Source: Bryobacterales bacterium
GTDB lineage: Bacteria > Acidobacteriota > Terriglobia > Bryobacterales > Bryobacteraceae
Assembly (NCBI GenBank): GCA_963814235.1
Contig: CAWFCA010000013.1
Span: 29,548-93,547, forward strand
DNA length: 64,000 nucleotides
Direction of reading: 5' to 3'
Both the position numbers and the translations under genes were made by a program. Positions 1 through 11,558 of the stretch are shown in pieces (the first letter of the stretch is position 1; each line of letters starts with the position of its first letter). Under the pieces are notes generated by a model. That model did no database searches, had not been told where the DNA came from, and saw nothing but the letters and a program-made list of their open reading frames with translations.

Positions 1-854
1 TGAGCATCCCCGGGAACCAGCATCACCTGGACGTTAGCCGCAAGGCTCGGGTCGACTCCGGAAACTGTCCCGCGCACTACGAAAACGGGCACTCGCTGGA
101 CATGAAAGTCGATGCCTTCCAGTGCGTCGCCCGCCGTGATCGGAATGCCTGCCGCGTCCGGCGCTTGTTGGCTTCCCGCACTGTATACCGGCGCATAGCC
201 CTCAACAGGGATCAGGAGATCGTTACGCTTCATGAAACCATGCGGCGCGGGAACGGTGTTGTGGCACTGCGCGCGCAAAATATGGCGGCCGCTCTGCAGG
301 TTCTGAAGATGGTATCGTCCCTGGTCATCGGTATTGGCGGAGTTGTTGCCGAGCAATTGTTTGCGGCCGCGCATGCGATCGAAGCGAAGCGCGGTAACCG
401 CGCACCGCGGGACGGGCAACTCGTCTTCATCGAGGACGCGGCCGCGGATCGAAGCGCCCGGTACCAGATCCACCTCGGCATCGTGTTTCTCTTCGCCCTC
501 ACCCACATTCACCTGCTGGACGACGTTGAGTCCGCTCTGGTCGACGTAATAGTCATCATGGCTGGCCGAGACCATGTATCCGCCTGCGGGCAGCGCGCGG
601 AAAGTGAAACTGCCGCTGCCATCGGTGACCGCGCTTAGACTCACGGGTCCGTTCAAAGTGACGCGAGCCTTCTTGATGGGCTCCTTCGACTTGGAATTAA
701 CGACTCGCCCGGTGAGAACGCTCTTCCCGGCGGGAATTTCAGCCGACGGCGGCTGAGGATTACCGCTAATCCTAACGAAATCTCTGTTGAAATTCTGTGC
801 GGCGCACACGGTCGCCAACAATAAGGTCGCCCAGACACTGCGCGCGATCTTCAT
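1..854 (-). CDS. Secreted carboxypeptidase-regulatory-like (beta-sandwich repeat) protein, 3' end outside window
   Basis: Manual translation from ATG 854 (ATGA overlap with upstream gene): MKIARSVWATLLLATVCAAQ signal, then LTGRVVNSKSKEPIKKARVTL...VTDGSGSFTFRALPAGGY. Frame is open to the window edge; paralog of 851-2518. Confidence 0.8.
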   Translation of the reverse strand, partial: MKIARSVWATLLLATVCAAQNFNRDFVRISGNPQPPSAEIPAGKSVLTGRVVNSKSKEPIKKARVTLNGPVSLSAVTDGSGSFTFRALPAGGYMVSASHDDYYVDQSGLNVVQQVNVGEGEEKHDAEVDLVPGASIRGRVLDEDELPVPRCAVTALRFDRMRGRKQLLGNNSANTDDQGRYHLQNLQSGRHILRAQCHNTVPAPHGFMKRNDLLIPVEGYAPVYSAGSQQAPDAAGIPITAGDALEGIDFHVQRVPVFVVRGTVSGVDPSLAANVQVMLVPGDA

Positions 855-2518
855 TGGGATCCGCTTTCGCCCCGAATGATTAGCGTGGTCGTGCGATTCA
901 TCCGAGCTCCATCCGGCACGTCGAAAGCTTCCCCAACTGCGGCATAGGGCTTGAGAAAGTTCGGATCTTCGTACTCGCCCGGTTCCATACGATCGAAGGC
1001 GTGAATCTTGTATCGCCCCGGAGTAACGCTCTTGAACTCAAACCGGCCATTCTCGTCGGACATAACGGATTGATAAAAGCTCAAGACATTGTCGAAGCTT
1101 CCGAAGGGCGCGAGCAGGACCATCGATCGCCCGGCAGCCTTCCCGTTCTCAAGCACCTCGCCATTGATGATGGCCCCGTCCATGCTGAGCACCATCTCCA
1201 GCGGTTCGCGCGCGCCCGGCTTCAAAGTCATGTCGTCGGTCAAAACATCTTTTTGCCCCAGCATCATCGACCGGATATAGCTGCCCGGCGGAAGCGGTTC
1301 CACCCCGATGTCCCAGATGCCGGGAACAATTTCATCGAACCGGAACGAGCCATCCGGCTTCACTTCGGCTGAGGGTTGCTCTCCGAGAAACGAGCCGTAG
1401 TCGGCGGGCACCAGACGGATCTGATAGGGTCCATGCTCCTGCGCCCCTTTCCCCTCCAGCTTCAGGTGTCCGCTGAGGGGAGAACCGGGAACGAGAGCGA
1501 TGTTCAGATTCCCGGAGCCCGCGCCCGCTTCAACCGCTTCGGTTCCGAAGTAGACGTGATTATTGGCCCGTAAGACAGAGATCAACCGATAGCTGCCCGG
1601 CAGGACCGAGTTGAATTGAAATGTGAAATCCGGGGGCGCGGCTCCCGCCGAATTTGCCTCTCCGGTGTTGCTTCCGTTTGCCGGGATCAGGAATAACATG
1701 AGCGGTGCGAAGTTCTCGGCGCCGTCGCCTTTGAAATCGACCCCTGTGGGCGGAACTAGCCTTCCCGAGACAAGGGCACGCTCCACCGGCGCAAGAGTAA
1801 AATCGATTCCCTTGATTTCGTTGCCGGCATTCAGCGTTAAAGATTCGGCGGAATCAACGCTATCGGAATTCGGATAATATTGGGGCTTGTAAAGCTCTTC
1901 AATGGGTTTCTGGCCATAGGAGACGTCGGGCTGCACGCGCACCGCCGTTAGGAACTGCCGTTCCGCCCGAAAGCGATAACGGCCGGGCCGGACGAAGGCA
2001 ATCCGGAACTCCCCGCGATTATCGGTGGCCGCCTGCTCGATACTTCGCCAGTGAAGGATGCGCCTCTCGTACACGGCCCGCAACATTTGAACCTGGGCGT
2101 TGGGAAGCGGATCACCGTCGCTGTCGCGCACGGTTCCCGTTATCGAGCCGAGGGGTAATGCCGCAAGCACGATATCCTGCTGGTTCCGGTGGGCCTGCAC
2201 GATCAAGTGCGGCAGGGGACGCCCGCGTTCCGCAGTCCCGCCGTAACACGCGTGCTCATATAAACGAACGCGGGCGCAAAGCAAATACTCTCCGGGAGGA
2301 ACCCCGGCAAAAGCGAAGGCTCCGTTCGAGTCCGAATAGGCGACCGCATCCAGCGGGTCGGAGCCGGTGGTGGAGAGGGTCACAACGGCCTTGCGAAGGG
2401 GTTCATGGGACCAGGCATTGCGGACAACGCCGGACAGGATGCTTCCGGCCGGCTGCGCCTGCACCCCCGCCGTGAGCCCTTCAAAAAGAATCAAGAGGAG
2501 AGCCCCTGCACGAAGCAT
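851..2518 (-). CDS. Secreted carboxypeptidase-regulatory-like domain repeat protein
   Basis: Signal peptide; repeated G-x-V-x-D/N...TD-x-x-G-x-F-x-F-x-x-V-x-PG-x-Y units. Confidence 0.8.
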   Translation of the reverse strand: MLRAGALLLILFEGLTAGVQAQPAGSILSGVVRNAWSHEPLRKAVVTLSTTGSDPLDAVAYSDSNGAFAFAGVPPGEYLLCARVRLYEHACYGGTAERGRPLPHLIVQAHRNQQDIVLAALPLGSITGTVRDSDGDPLPNAQVQMLRAVYERRILHWRSIEQAATDNRGEFRIAFVRPGRYRFRAERQFLTAVRVQPDVSYGQKPIEELYKPQYYPNSDSVDSAESLTLNAGNEIKGIDFTLAPVERALVSGRLVPPTGVDFKGDGAENFAPLMLFLIPANGSNTGEANSAGAAPPDFTFQFNSVLPGSYRLISVLRANNHVYFGTEAVEAGAGSGNLNIALVPGSPLSGHLKLEGKGAQEHGPYQIRLVPADYGSFLGEQPSAEVKPDGSFRFDEIVPGIWDIGVEPLPPGSYIRSMMLGQKDVLTDDMTLKPGAREPLEMVLSMDGAIINGEVLENGKAAGRSMVLLAPFGSFDNVLSFYQSVMSDENGRFEFKSVTPGRYKIHAFDRMEPGEYEDPNFLKPYAAVGEAFDVPDGARMNRTTTLIIRGESGSQ

Positions 2519-2523
2519 CGGAA

Positions 2524-3858
2524 TTACGCGACCACCTCAACCTGCGTCTGAATTTCAGCACGAGGCAGCAGGGCCGACCAATACGCGACAATTTCCCGCA
2601 CCGGCGGACGCCCATCCCCGAACCCCGTTGCTCCCGGCGGCCCATTGAGAACCAGTGGAATCAGTTCGCGCGTGAAACGATCCACGGCTTTACGGTCAAA
2701 CCCGCGTACGCCGATGCGCAGTTGAACCTCCGCGGCCTCCGCCAGACGGGGAGCCGCGGGACCCTGGCACGCGTTCCACCCCAGCAGCTCCGTGGCAATT
2801 TCCTCGAACTGCAAACCAAGCGTAGCCAGCCGGGCGCGAACAATCCGGTCCGCCGCCCGCGCCTTTTCCACCGCGTTGGGGTAACTGTAGACGAGCGTGC
2901 CGATCGATTTCCATCCGTTGGCGTAGCTGATGGAGAGCTTCAGCGTTGGCGGACGGCCGGACCCACGAATACCGGAGACTCGCACGCGGTCCGGACCGGT
3001 GTCTTCCAGTTGAATACTTGTGAAGTCGGCAATGCAGTCCGGAGTGATATACCGGCGCGGGTCACCGAGCTCATAGAGAAGCTGCTCCTTCACCGTATCG
3101 GAATGCACCCGGCCCCCGGTACCCGGATGTTTCGTGATCACGAAGGTTCCATCCGGTTCGGCTTCGATAATCGGATAGCCGACGTTGGCGAGGTCGGGAA
3201 TGTTTTCCCAGTCCATCTGGCAGTTGCCGCCGGAGCACTGCGCGCCGCATTCGACGATGTGTCCGGCGATGGTTCCGGCAGCCAGCTTGTCCCAATCCTC
3301 GGGGCCCCAGCCGAAGGTGTGAATCATCGGCGCAAGCGCCAGAGCCGTGTCCGTGCTGCGGCCCGCGATCACGACGTCGGCCCCGGTGGCCAAAGCTTCC
3401 GCAAGCGGGAACGCGCCAATATAGGCGTTGGCGCTAAGAATCTGTTGCCGGATGGCCCCGATCGGCTCGCCGGTGTCCATGTCGCGCAACTCGTAGCCTT
3501 TGGCAAGGAACTCATCGACGCGGGCCAACACATCGTCTCCGAGCACGACCGCTACCTTGCAATCGGGCGCGTGCTTGAGAACGGCCCGTGCACAAGCGAT
3601 CGGATTCACGCCGCCCGCATTCGCGATGACTCTGATTTTGTTGGAACGCAGTTTGTCCCGCAGGCGCCCAATGAGCGGCGGAAAGTCGCTCGCGTAACCC
3701 AGTTCCGAATCGCGCTCTTTCTGCTTCTGCAGGATCGACATGGTGACCTCGGCCAGATAGTCGAGAATCAGAAAGTCGATGGGACCATCCTCGACGAGGC
3801 GCACGGGCGCTTCGAGCCAATCGCCCCAGAAGCCCTGCCCATTGGCGATCCGGATCAT
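2524..3858 (-). CDS. AtuA family (DUF1446) acyclic terpene utilisation protein
   Basis: MIRIANGQGFWGD, DYLAEVTM, ANAGGVNP, GHIVECGAQ, EQLLYE motifs; start 3858 overlaps upstream TAA. Confidence 0.88.
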   Translation of the reverse strand: MIRIANGQGFWGDWLEAPVRLVEDGPIDFLILDYLAEVTMSILQKQKERDSELGYASDFPPLIGRLRDKLRSNKIRVIANAGGVNPIACARAVLKHAPDCKVAVVLGDDVLARVDEFLAKGYELRDMDTGEPIGAIRQQILSANAYIGAFPLAEALATGADVVIAGRSTDTALALAPMIHTFGWGPEDWDKLAAGTIAGHIVECGAQCSGGNCQMDWENIPDLANVGYPIIEAEPDGTFVITKHPGTGGRVHSDTVKEQLLYELGDPRRYITPDCIADFTSIQLEDTGPDRVRVSGIRGSGRPPTLKLSISYANGWKSIGTLVYSYPNAVEKARAADRIVRARLATLGLQFEEIATELLGWNACQGPAAPRLAEAAEVQLRIGVRGFDRKAVDRFTRELIPLVLNGPPGATGFGDGRPPVREIVAYWSALLPRAEIQTQVEVVA

Positions 3859-5472
3859 TACAGAGTCTCCATCGCCAGCGCTTCGGCGCGCGGTCGCATC
3901 ATGCAAAGATCGAGAGCCTGGGTCAGGATCTCGCGGGTTTCCTTCGGGTCGATCAACGCATCCACGTGACCCCGCGCCGCGGCAAACCGGGCATCGAGCC
4001 AGCGGTCGTAGTCGGCCTTCGTGCGCTCGATGGACTGTTGCAAATCTTCCGGCAAATCGAGCCCTTGTGCTTTCAACCTGTCCAACTCCGCCGAGAACAG
4101 TGCGACTACCGCGGAATCGCCTTCCATCACGCCGATGCGGGCAGTGGGCCAGCTAAACGTGAAGTTGGGATCGAAACCCTGCCCCGCCATGGCGTAATAC
4201 CCGGCGCCGCTGGCGTGATTGATGGTCAGAATAATCCGCGGAACGGTGGCGCATGACATGGATTCAACCATGTCCGCCCCGGCACGTATGATGCCGCCGG
4301 ACTCCGCTTCCAACCCAACCATGAACCCGGAAACGTCCTGGATATAGAGCAGCGGGGTTCCCGCGCGTTCCGCGTCCTCGACAAAGTAGTGGACCTTGCG
4401 GGCCGATTCGGTGTAGATGATCCCGCCCACGCGTGGCCCTTCCGCGCCACGCAGGAAGCCGCGCCGGTTCGCGATCACCGCCACCGGCCGTCCATTGAGA
4501 CGACGGTGAGCGCAGAGCATCTCAGGCGCGTACTCGGGCTGAAATTCCTGGAATTCGCCGCCGTCCAAAAGCCGATCGAGCACTTCCTGGATCTCGTAGG
4601 GCAGCCGGTGATCCGCGGGAAGCACCCCATAGAGGTCGGCCGCCGGCTTGGCGGATGTTGTTTCCGGAGGGCGGGCTGGTGGTTCCGGAAGATTGCGAAA
4701 ACGGGCTCGGATCATCTCCAAACAATGCTGATCGTCTTTCCGCAAGATAATGAGCCACGCCGGACCTGGTGGTGTGCATGCGCGCGCCGCCGAGCGCTTC
4801 CTGATCGATGACCTGACCGGTTGCGCCTTTCACGAGGTTGGGCCCGCCGAGGCCCATAAAGCTGGTTTTCTCGACCATGATGATGCAGTCACTCAGGGCG
4901 GGGAGGTAAGCGCCACCCGCGATACACGGACCCATGACCGCGGCCACTTGCGGAATATGCATCTTCCGCCGCATGAGCGAGTTATAGAAAAAGATCCGCC
5001 CCGCCCCGTACTGCCCGGGGAAGATCCCGTCCTGATAAGGCAGATTCACACCCGCGGAATCAACCAGGTAGATGATGGGGACACGGTTCCGCATCGCGAT
5101 TTCCTGCGCGCGCAGAATCTTGGTGATGGTCTCCGGCCACCACGAACCCGCCTTTACAGTGGCATCGTTGGCAACAATCACCGCGGGGCGCCCCTCGACG
5201 CGCCCGAAGCCCGTGATGACTCCGGCCGCCGGCGCCTGGCCGTCGTAAAGGTCGTAAGCGATCAGGAGTCCCACTTCCACGAAGCGTGAGCCCGGATCGA
5301 TCAGTTTCTGAATGCGCTCCCGCGCGGTGAGCTTTCCGGCGCGGTGCTGCCTAGCAATTCGATCGGTTCCGCCGCCCAGCCGGACACGCTCCTCGAGCCG
5401 CTGCACCTGTTCGACAAGCAGGCGCATGTGAGCCTCGCGAGCAACGGGGAGCGCGGGCTGTTCGGTCGTCAT
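3858..5472 (-). CDS. Acyl-CoA carboxylase carboxyltransferase subunit (MccB/AtuC-like), one frameshift near 4740
   Basis: GKLTARERI, ANDATVKAG, GPCIAGGAYLPA, LGGARMHT (ORF 4522-5655) continue into QDVSGFMVG, GAGYYAMAG (ORF 3858-4745). Confidence 0.85.
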
Positions 5473-5535
5473 CGGTGCTACCATTCTGGCACCGTTCGCG
5501 TTGCGTCTCTCCGGCGGGGAAGATAGAGTGAGGGA

Positions 5536-5985
5536 ATGCGGACTCGTTTCATTGGGGTGTTTCTGATGGGCCTTCTGGCACTGGCCGAGGCGCCGCTGGA
5601 TCCCTGGAAGAGCCATGACGTTTTGGAAACCGCGGAACTCGCGAAAACGCTCCAAAGCGGTTCAGGCCCTGCAATCTTCATGGTCGGCCCGCGCATTCTT
5701 TATAACGGGGATCACATCAAGGGAGCGGCTTTCGCGGGACCTGCCGGAAACGCGGCTGGCCTTACTTTGTTGAGAGAACAGACCGCGCGGTTACCGAAGG
5801 ACACAGCGATCGTGATCTATTGCGGCTGCTGCCCGATGGAGCACTGTCCGAATATTCGTCCCGCGTTCGCTGCCTTGCGGGATGCCGGTTTTCAGAACGT
5901 AAAAGTGCTGCGGATTCCGACGAACCTGGTGACCGACTGGACGAACCGGGGCTACCCCGTGGAAAAGGGCGCGATCGCCAAGTAA
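5536..5985 (+). CDS. Exported rhodanese-like domain protein
   Basis: Signal peptide, HIKGA, YCGCCPMEHCPN, W-x-x-x-GYPVE. Confidence 0.75.
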   Translation: MRTRFIGVFLMGLLALAEAPLDPWKSHDVLETAELAKTLQSGSGPAIFMVGPRILYNGDHIKGAAFAGPAGNAAGLTLLREQTARLPKDTAIVIYCGCCPMEHCPNIRPAFAALRDAGFQNVKVLRIPTNLVTDWTNRGYPVEKGAIAK

Positions 5986-5994
5986 GAGCGCTCG

Positions 5995-6432
5995 GTGAAC
6001 GATTCCTACAACCTTGAACGGTTTGTCGTTGCTCAGGCTTCCGTGTATCAGCAGGTGGTTTCCGAGCTGCAACGCGGACGGAAGACCACGCATTGGATGT
6101 GGTTCATCTTTCCGCAGATCGCCGGGTTGGGCAGCAGTTTTACGGCCCAGAAGTTCGCCATCGGATCGCTCGACGAAGCGCGGGCCTATCTTGGTCATCC
6201 CGTGCTCGGTACGCGCCTGCGAGCCTGCACGGAGCTGGTCAACGCGATCGAAGACCGTCCGATTGAGGATGTTTTCGATTACCCGGACGATCTCAAGTTT
6301 TGGTCTTCCATGACGCTGTTCCACGCCGCTGAGTCTGAAGATCCGGTCTTTCAGAGTGCGCTAGAGAGGTGGTTTAGGGGCCGGCCGGACCCGAATACGG
6401 TTCGGCTTCTTTCGTCAGCGGCCAGAAAATGA
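5995..6432 (+). CDS. DUF1810 family protein
   Basis: LERFVVAQ, GRKTTHWMWFIFPQIAGLG, DDLKFWSSMTLF. Confidence 0.88.
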   Translation: MNDSYNLERFVVAQASVYQQVVSELQRGRKTTHWMWFIFPQIAGLGSSFTAQKFAIGSLDEARAYLGHPVLGTRLRACTELVNAIEDRPIEDVFDYPDDLKFWSSMTLFHAAESEDPVFQSALERWFRGRPDPNTVRLLSSAARK

Positions 6433-6434
6433 AA

Positions 6435-6470
6435 AAGGGACAATCAAGGTGGATTGTCCCTTATACTTTT
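6435..6470. terminator. Likely bidirectional intrinsic terminator
   Basis: AAGGGACAATC-AAGGTG-GATTGTCCCTT hairpin flanked by A-rich and T-rich runs between convergent genes. Confidence 0.75.
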
Positions 6471-6499
6471 CCCGGAAATCGGGCCCTAGCTCGAGGTTG

Positions 6500-8131
6500 C
6501 TATTGCTGCTGCGTCGCCGGTGCTGCCGGGTTGCCGGCTTCGCCAGCCGGATTCACTGGCGTGCCGATCACCTCGCCCGACATCACCATTTCCACGCGCC
6601 GATTCTGCTGCCGTCCGGCAGCTGTGTCGTTCGATGCCACGGGACGCGTTTTCCCGTAGCCCACCGCTGTCAGGCTGTTTCCGTTGACTCCCTGGCTCAC
6701 CAGATAGTCACGCACACTGAAGGCGCGCTTTTCCGAAAGGGTCTGGTTGTACTCCTCGCCGCCCACGTTGTCGGTGTTGCCTTCGATCTGCACGCGCAAT
6801 GTCGGGTATGCCAAAAGAATTCCGGAGACCTTCGCCAGCCGTTCGCGCGCGGCCGGTTTCAGCGTCGCTTTACCGGTGTCGAAGAGAACGTCGGCCATAT
6901 TCATGATCAGGCCACGAGCGCTATCTCGGGTCTCCATAATGGTGTTTAGCTGCTGAAGAAGTTGGGCGCGTAAGGCGGCTTTATCCTGCTCCGCTTTGCT
7001 GGCCGAGGAGCGAGCCGCATCGGCGTCGGCTTCCGCCTGCTGTTTGGCCCTTAAAGCTGCCGCGCGATCGGCTTCCGCCTCAGCACGCATGCGGTCGGCT
7101 TCGAGCTTGGAGGTCTCCGCGGACGCGCGCGCCTGGTCGGCCGCCAGCCTTGCCTGTTCCGCCGCGCGGCGATCCGCTTCGGCCTGCCGTGCCCGCAACG
7201 CTTCCTGTTCCGCCTGACTTTGTGCTGCTGAAGTAGCGTCCGCGGCTGCCTTGCGCTCGGCCGCTAACGCTTCATCATTTTCTTTGCGAATGGAGACCAG
7301 ACGGGCATCTTCGGCCATCTGCGTTGCCTGCCGCGCGACGGTTTCCAGTTCCTTTTCATTGTGGCCGCCCCGGTAAAATCCCTCGGCGTTCTCCATGTCG
7401 ACGAGCGCCTTTTGCAACGTGTCGGAAGCGTAGTGCTCGGCTCCTTGCGCGCGTGCGATGGCAATCGCCGACCGCGCTTCGCGCAGCTGGAGCGGGACCC
7501 TTACGTCGGAGGCGATCGGCGCAATCCGGTCGACGCCGATGTTCATCGTGTAAACGCCGCGCTTGAGCAGTTCGTACTTCGCGTCAACGCTCTCGATCGT
7601 TCCGGTCGTGTCCTGCCGGATCATATTTTCCATGACGACGACATCGCTCGGCTGCGAAACGGCCCAGTACGGCTCCGCTGTGACGATCATTCCGAAAGCC
7701 TGCAAACTTGTCGTGGTGTCGATCTGTGCGTGATCGCCATTCCCTTTCATCACGAGTTCGCCGAGATTCTTGGCATTGCCCTCTGGAGTGATCGCCCAAA
7801 TGACGTAGGTGAGGAATTCCGGTCCAAATGTTGAAGGCGGCGACAGCTTTTCAGTGTCGACGTGCATTTTCGTTGCGCCGGTATTACTGTCGACGCGAAC
7901 GCGTCCCTGTGCTCGGGGCATGATCGATGTCCCACGCAGATCGACATAGGTGGTCCCTTGCCGGTGGTGAAAGTTTACGGCTGCAATCGACCGCGAGGTG
8001 ACGTTCACGCGAAAGATCGGTTCCGATCCGTTTGCGCCGGGCTGAGTGGCCCCCTGGGTTGGGTTGGGTTCTTGCGCCACTGCTACACACAGGCAGCCGG
8101 CAATCAGTAGTGATGATGCGACTCTATACAT
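6500..8131 (-). CDS. OmpA-family peptidoglycan-binding protein with long Ala-rich coiled coil
   Basis: C-terminal VLFDTGKATL, IEGNTD, NQTLSEKRA, GRQQNRRVE; N-terminal signal peptide. Confidence 0.88.
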   Translation of the reverse strand: MYRVASSLLIAGCLCVAVAQEPNPTQGATQPGANGSEPIFRVNVTSRSIAAVNFHHRQGTTYVDLRGTSIMPRAQGRVRVDSNTGATKMHVDTEKLSPPSTFGPEFLTYVIWAITPEGNAKNLGELVMKGNGDHAQIDTTTSLQAFGMIVTAEPYWAVSQPSDVVVMENMIRQDTTGTIESVDAKYELLKRGVYTMNIGVDRIAPIASDVRVPLQLREARSAIAIARAQGAEHYASDTLQKALVDMENAEGFYRGGHNEKELETVARQATQMAEDARLVSIRKENDEALAAERKAAADATSAAQSQAEQEALRARQAEADRRAAEQARLAADQARASAETSKLEADRMRAEAEADRAAALRAKQQAEADADAARSSASKAEQDKAALRAQLLQQLNTIMETRDSARGLIMNMADVLFDTGKATLKPAARERLAKVSGILLAYPTLRVQIEGNTDNVGGEEYNQTLSEKRAFSVRDYLVSQGVNGNSLTAVGYGKTRPVASNDTAAGRQQNRRVEMVMSGEVIGTPVNPAGEAGNPAAPATQQQ

Positions 8132-8201
8132 CGGTAAATTAGTCTCCAAGACTTACTAAGCACGAAGTGTGCCGAACTTGCCGAGGAAGACGCGCTCGTG
8201 A

Positions 8202-9392
<1,191 letters not shown>

Positions 9393-9439
9393 TCAGGCGG
9401 CGCCTTCTCCGGAGCAGGCTCTCCTAGAATAAGGAAAAC

Positions 9440-9766
9440 GTGACACTTCTTTCAGCAGCGCTCCTTCTACAGGGCGGCGCGACCAACTCCTTCAGCTTCG
9501 CGCTGCCGCTCGTCCTGATGTTCGGGATCATGTACTTCCTGCTCTTCCTCCCCATGCAGCGGCAGAAGAAGCAAACGCAGAAGATGTTGGCCGAATTGAA
9601 GAGCGGCGATAGCGTGGTCACTTCCGGGGGCATCGTCGGAACCGTGACCACCCTGGAAAAGGACACGGTGGTCATCCGCGTGAAGCCCGACAATCTGAAA
9701 CTGCAAGTCACCCGGGCTTCCATTTCCGGGCTGGTTCCCCCTGTCGAAGGTACTGTCCTGAAATAA
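9440..9766 (+). CDS. yajC: Preprotein translocase subunit YajC
   Basis: TM segment + LKSGDSVVTSGGIVGTV; lies between tgt and secD. Confidence 0.95.
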   Translation: MTLLSAALLLQGGATNSFSFALPLVLMFGIMYFLLFLPMQRQKKQTQKMLAELKSGDSVVTSGGIVGTVTTLEKDTVVIRVKPDNLKLQVTRASISGLVPPVEGTVLK

Positions 9767-9855
9767 ATTCCGCCGTTTCGGGTCAGATACACTATTTCAG
9801 GCCAAACAAAGCCGACTTCAAAACGGTAATCACTTTTCGGAAGGCAAGCGAATTC

Positions 9856-11466
9856 ATGCAACGACATTTAACAGTGAAGACGATCGTGATCGTGACGACC
9901 ATCCTTCTCTGTATTTATGGAATCATCGGCATCCCGAGATCGAAGGCCGAACTGGTTTCCAACCTCCAGCACAATATCCGGCTGGGGCTGGACCTGAAAG
10001 GCGGCAGTCACCTGGTTCTGCAGGTACAGGTGCAGGACGCGGTGCGCACCATTGCCGACCACGCGCGCGAGGGGCTCCTGACCGCGGCGGCCAAACGCGG
10101 AATCGCACTGGGCGGTGTCGACCGCAACGATCCGCAGACCATTGAGCAGACCGACTCCATTCAACTCAATGTGCACGGGGTGCCCGCCGATAAGACCAGC
10201 GCCTTTCGCGCACTCGCCGCGGAGCAGCTTCCGCAGTGGAATCTGACGCCCGTGAGTTCTACCGACTACCGGCTCAATATGAAGCCCTCCGAGCTGGTGG
10301 ACGTGAAACGGCGCGCGATCGATCAATCCATCCAAACGATTAGTAATCGCGTGAACGCTCTGGGCCTTACCGAGCCGGTCGTGCAGCAACGCGGGCGCGC
10401 GGAATCCGACTACGAAATTCTGGTACAGCTGCCGGGCGTCGACGATCCCGCGCGGGTCAAAGACATCATCGGCCAGGCGGCACAATTGGAGATCGTGGAA
10501 GTGAAGGAAGGGCCTTTCCCGTCTGAAGAAGCGGCGCGCCAGCAGAAGGGCGGCGTGCTGCCTCTGAATACGCGGTTGGTCCCCTGGACGCAGCCGGGCG
10601 GCACGCAATGGTACCTGGTCTCGCGCTCTCCCGTGATTGTGGGCGAGGATCTCCGCAACGCGCGGGCGAACCAGGACGAGTTCCGCAAGTGGGAAGCGGA
10701 TTTCACGCTTTCGCAGGACGCCGCCGCCAAGTTCGAGCGCTTCACCGAAGGCAATATCGGGAATCGTCTGGCTGTCATTCTCGACAACCAGGTTCGCAGC
10801 GTCGCCAACATCCAGTCCAAAATCTCCGATAGTGGCCGGATCTCGAATCTGGGCAGCCAGCAGGAAGCCACGGATCTGGCCCTGGTCATGCGTTCCGGAT
10901 CTCTGCCGGCTTCCATTAAATATGAGGAGGAGCGCGTGGTCGGGCCTTCGCTTGGGGCCGATTCCGTAAAGCAGGGGCTGATCGCGGCTCTCGCGGGACT
11001 TGCCGCGGTGGTGGTCGTGATGCTGATTTACTATCGCAAGAGCGGGCTTAACGCGGTGCTGGCATTGATTCTCAACACCGTGATCCTGATCGCTGCTCTC
11101 TCTTACTTCTCCGCCGTGCTCACGCTTCCGGGTATCGCGGGCGTCATTCTTACCATCGGTATGGCGGTTGATAGCAACGTCCTGATCTTTGAACGCATCC
11201 GCGAGGAGTTGCGCTCCGGCAAAGGCGTGATTGCCGCCGTGGACGCGGGTTTCGGAAAAGCATGGTGGACCATTGTCGATACCCATGTCACGACCATCGT
11301 GTCCTGCCTGTTCCTGTTCCTATTCGGAACGGGCCCGGTGCGCGGCTTTGCCGTCACCCTGGTAATCGGGCTCCTGGCGAACGTGTTTACGGCCGTATTT
11401 GTTTCAAAAACCATTTTCGATTACGAGCTCTCCGGGACGCGTCCCGCAAGGGCGCTCAGCATTTGA
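9856..11466 (+). CDS. secD: Protein translocase subunit SecD
   Basis: LGLDLKGG, VGPSLG, LTLPGIAG, IGMAVDSNVLIFERIREE. Confidence 0.97.
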   Translation: MQRHLTVKTIVIVTTILLCIYGIIGIPRSKAELVSNLQHNIRLGLDLKGGSHLVLQVQVQDAVRTIADHAREGLLTAAAKRGIALGGVDRNDPQTIEQTDSIQLNVHGVPADKTSAFRALAAEQLPQWNLTPVSSTDYRLNMKPSELVDVKRRAIDQSIQTISNRVNALGLTEPVVQQRGRAESDYEILVQLPGVDDPARVKDIIGQAAQLEIVEVKEGPFPSEEAARQQKGGVLPLNTRLVPWTQPGGTQWYLVSRSPVIVGEDLRNARANQDEFRKWEADFTLSQDAAAKFERFTEGNIGNRLAVILDNQVRSVANIQSKISDSGRISNLGSQQEATDLALVMRSGSLPASIKYEEERVVGPSLGADSVKQGLIAALAGLAAVVVVMLIYYRKSGLNAVLALILNTVILIAALSYFSAVLTLPGIAGVILTIGMAVDSNVLIFERIREELRSGKGVIAAVDAGFGKAWWTIVDTHVTTIVSCLFLFLFGTGPVRGFAVTLVIGLLANVFTAVFVSKTIFDYELSGTRPARALSI

Positions 11467-11558
11467 TCAGGATTTCAATTTCTATCTTTAGGGAACGGGA
11501 ACAAGTGAGAACGAGCCGGTGTCTAACGCATTGTCAGGCATCGGTCAGGCTGTGACGG

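Noticed and set aside
9868-11286. Long antisense ORFs (also 2722-3969, 16721-18334, 56176-57120)
   Set aside because: Shadow frames of high-GC genes with no recognisable motifs.
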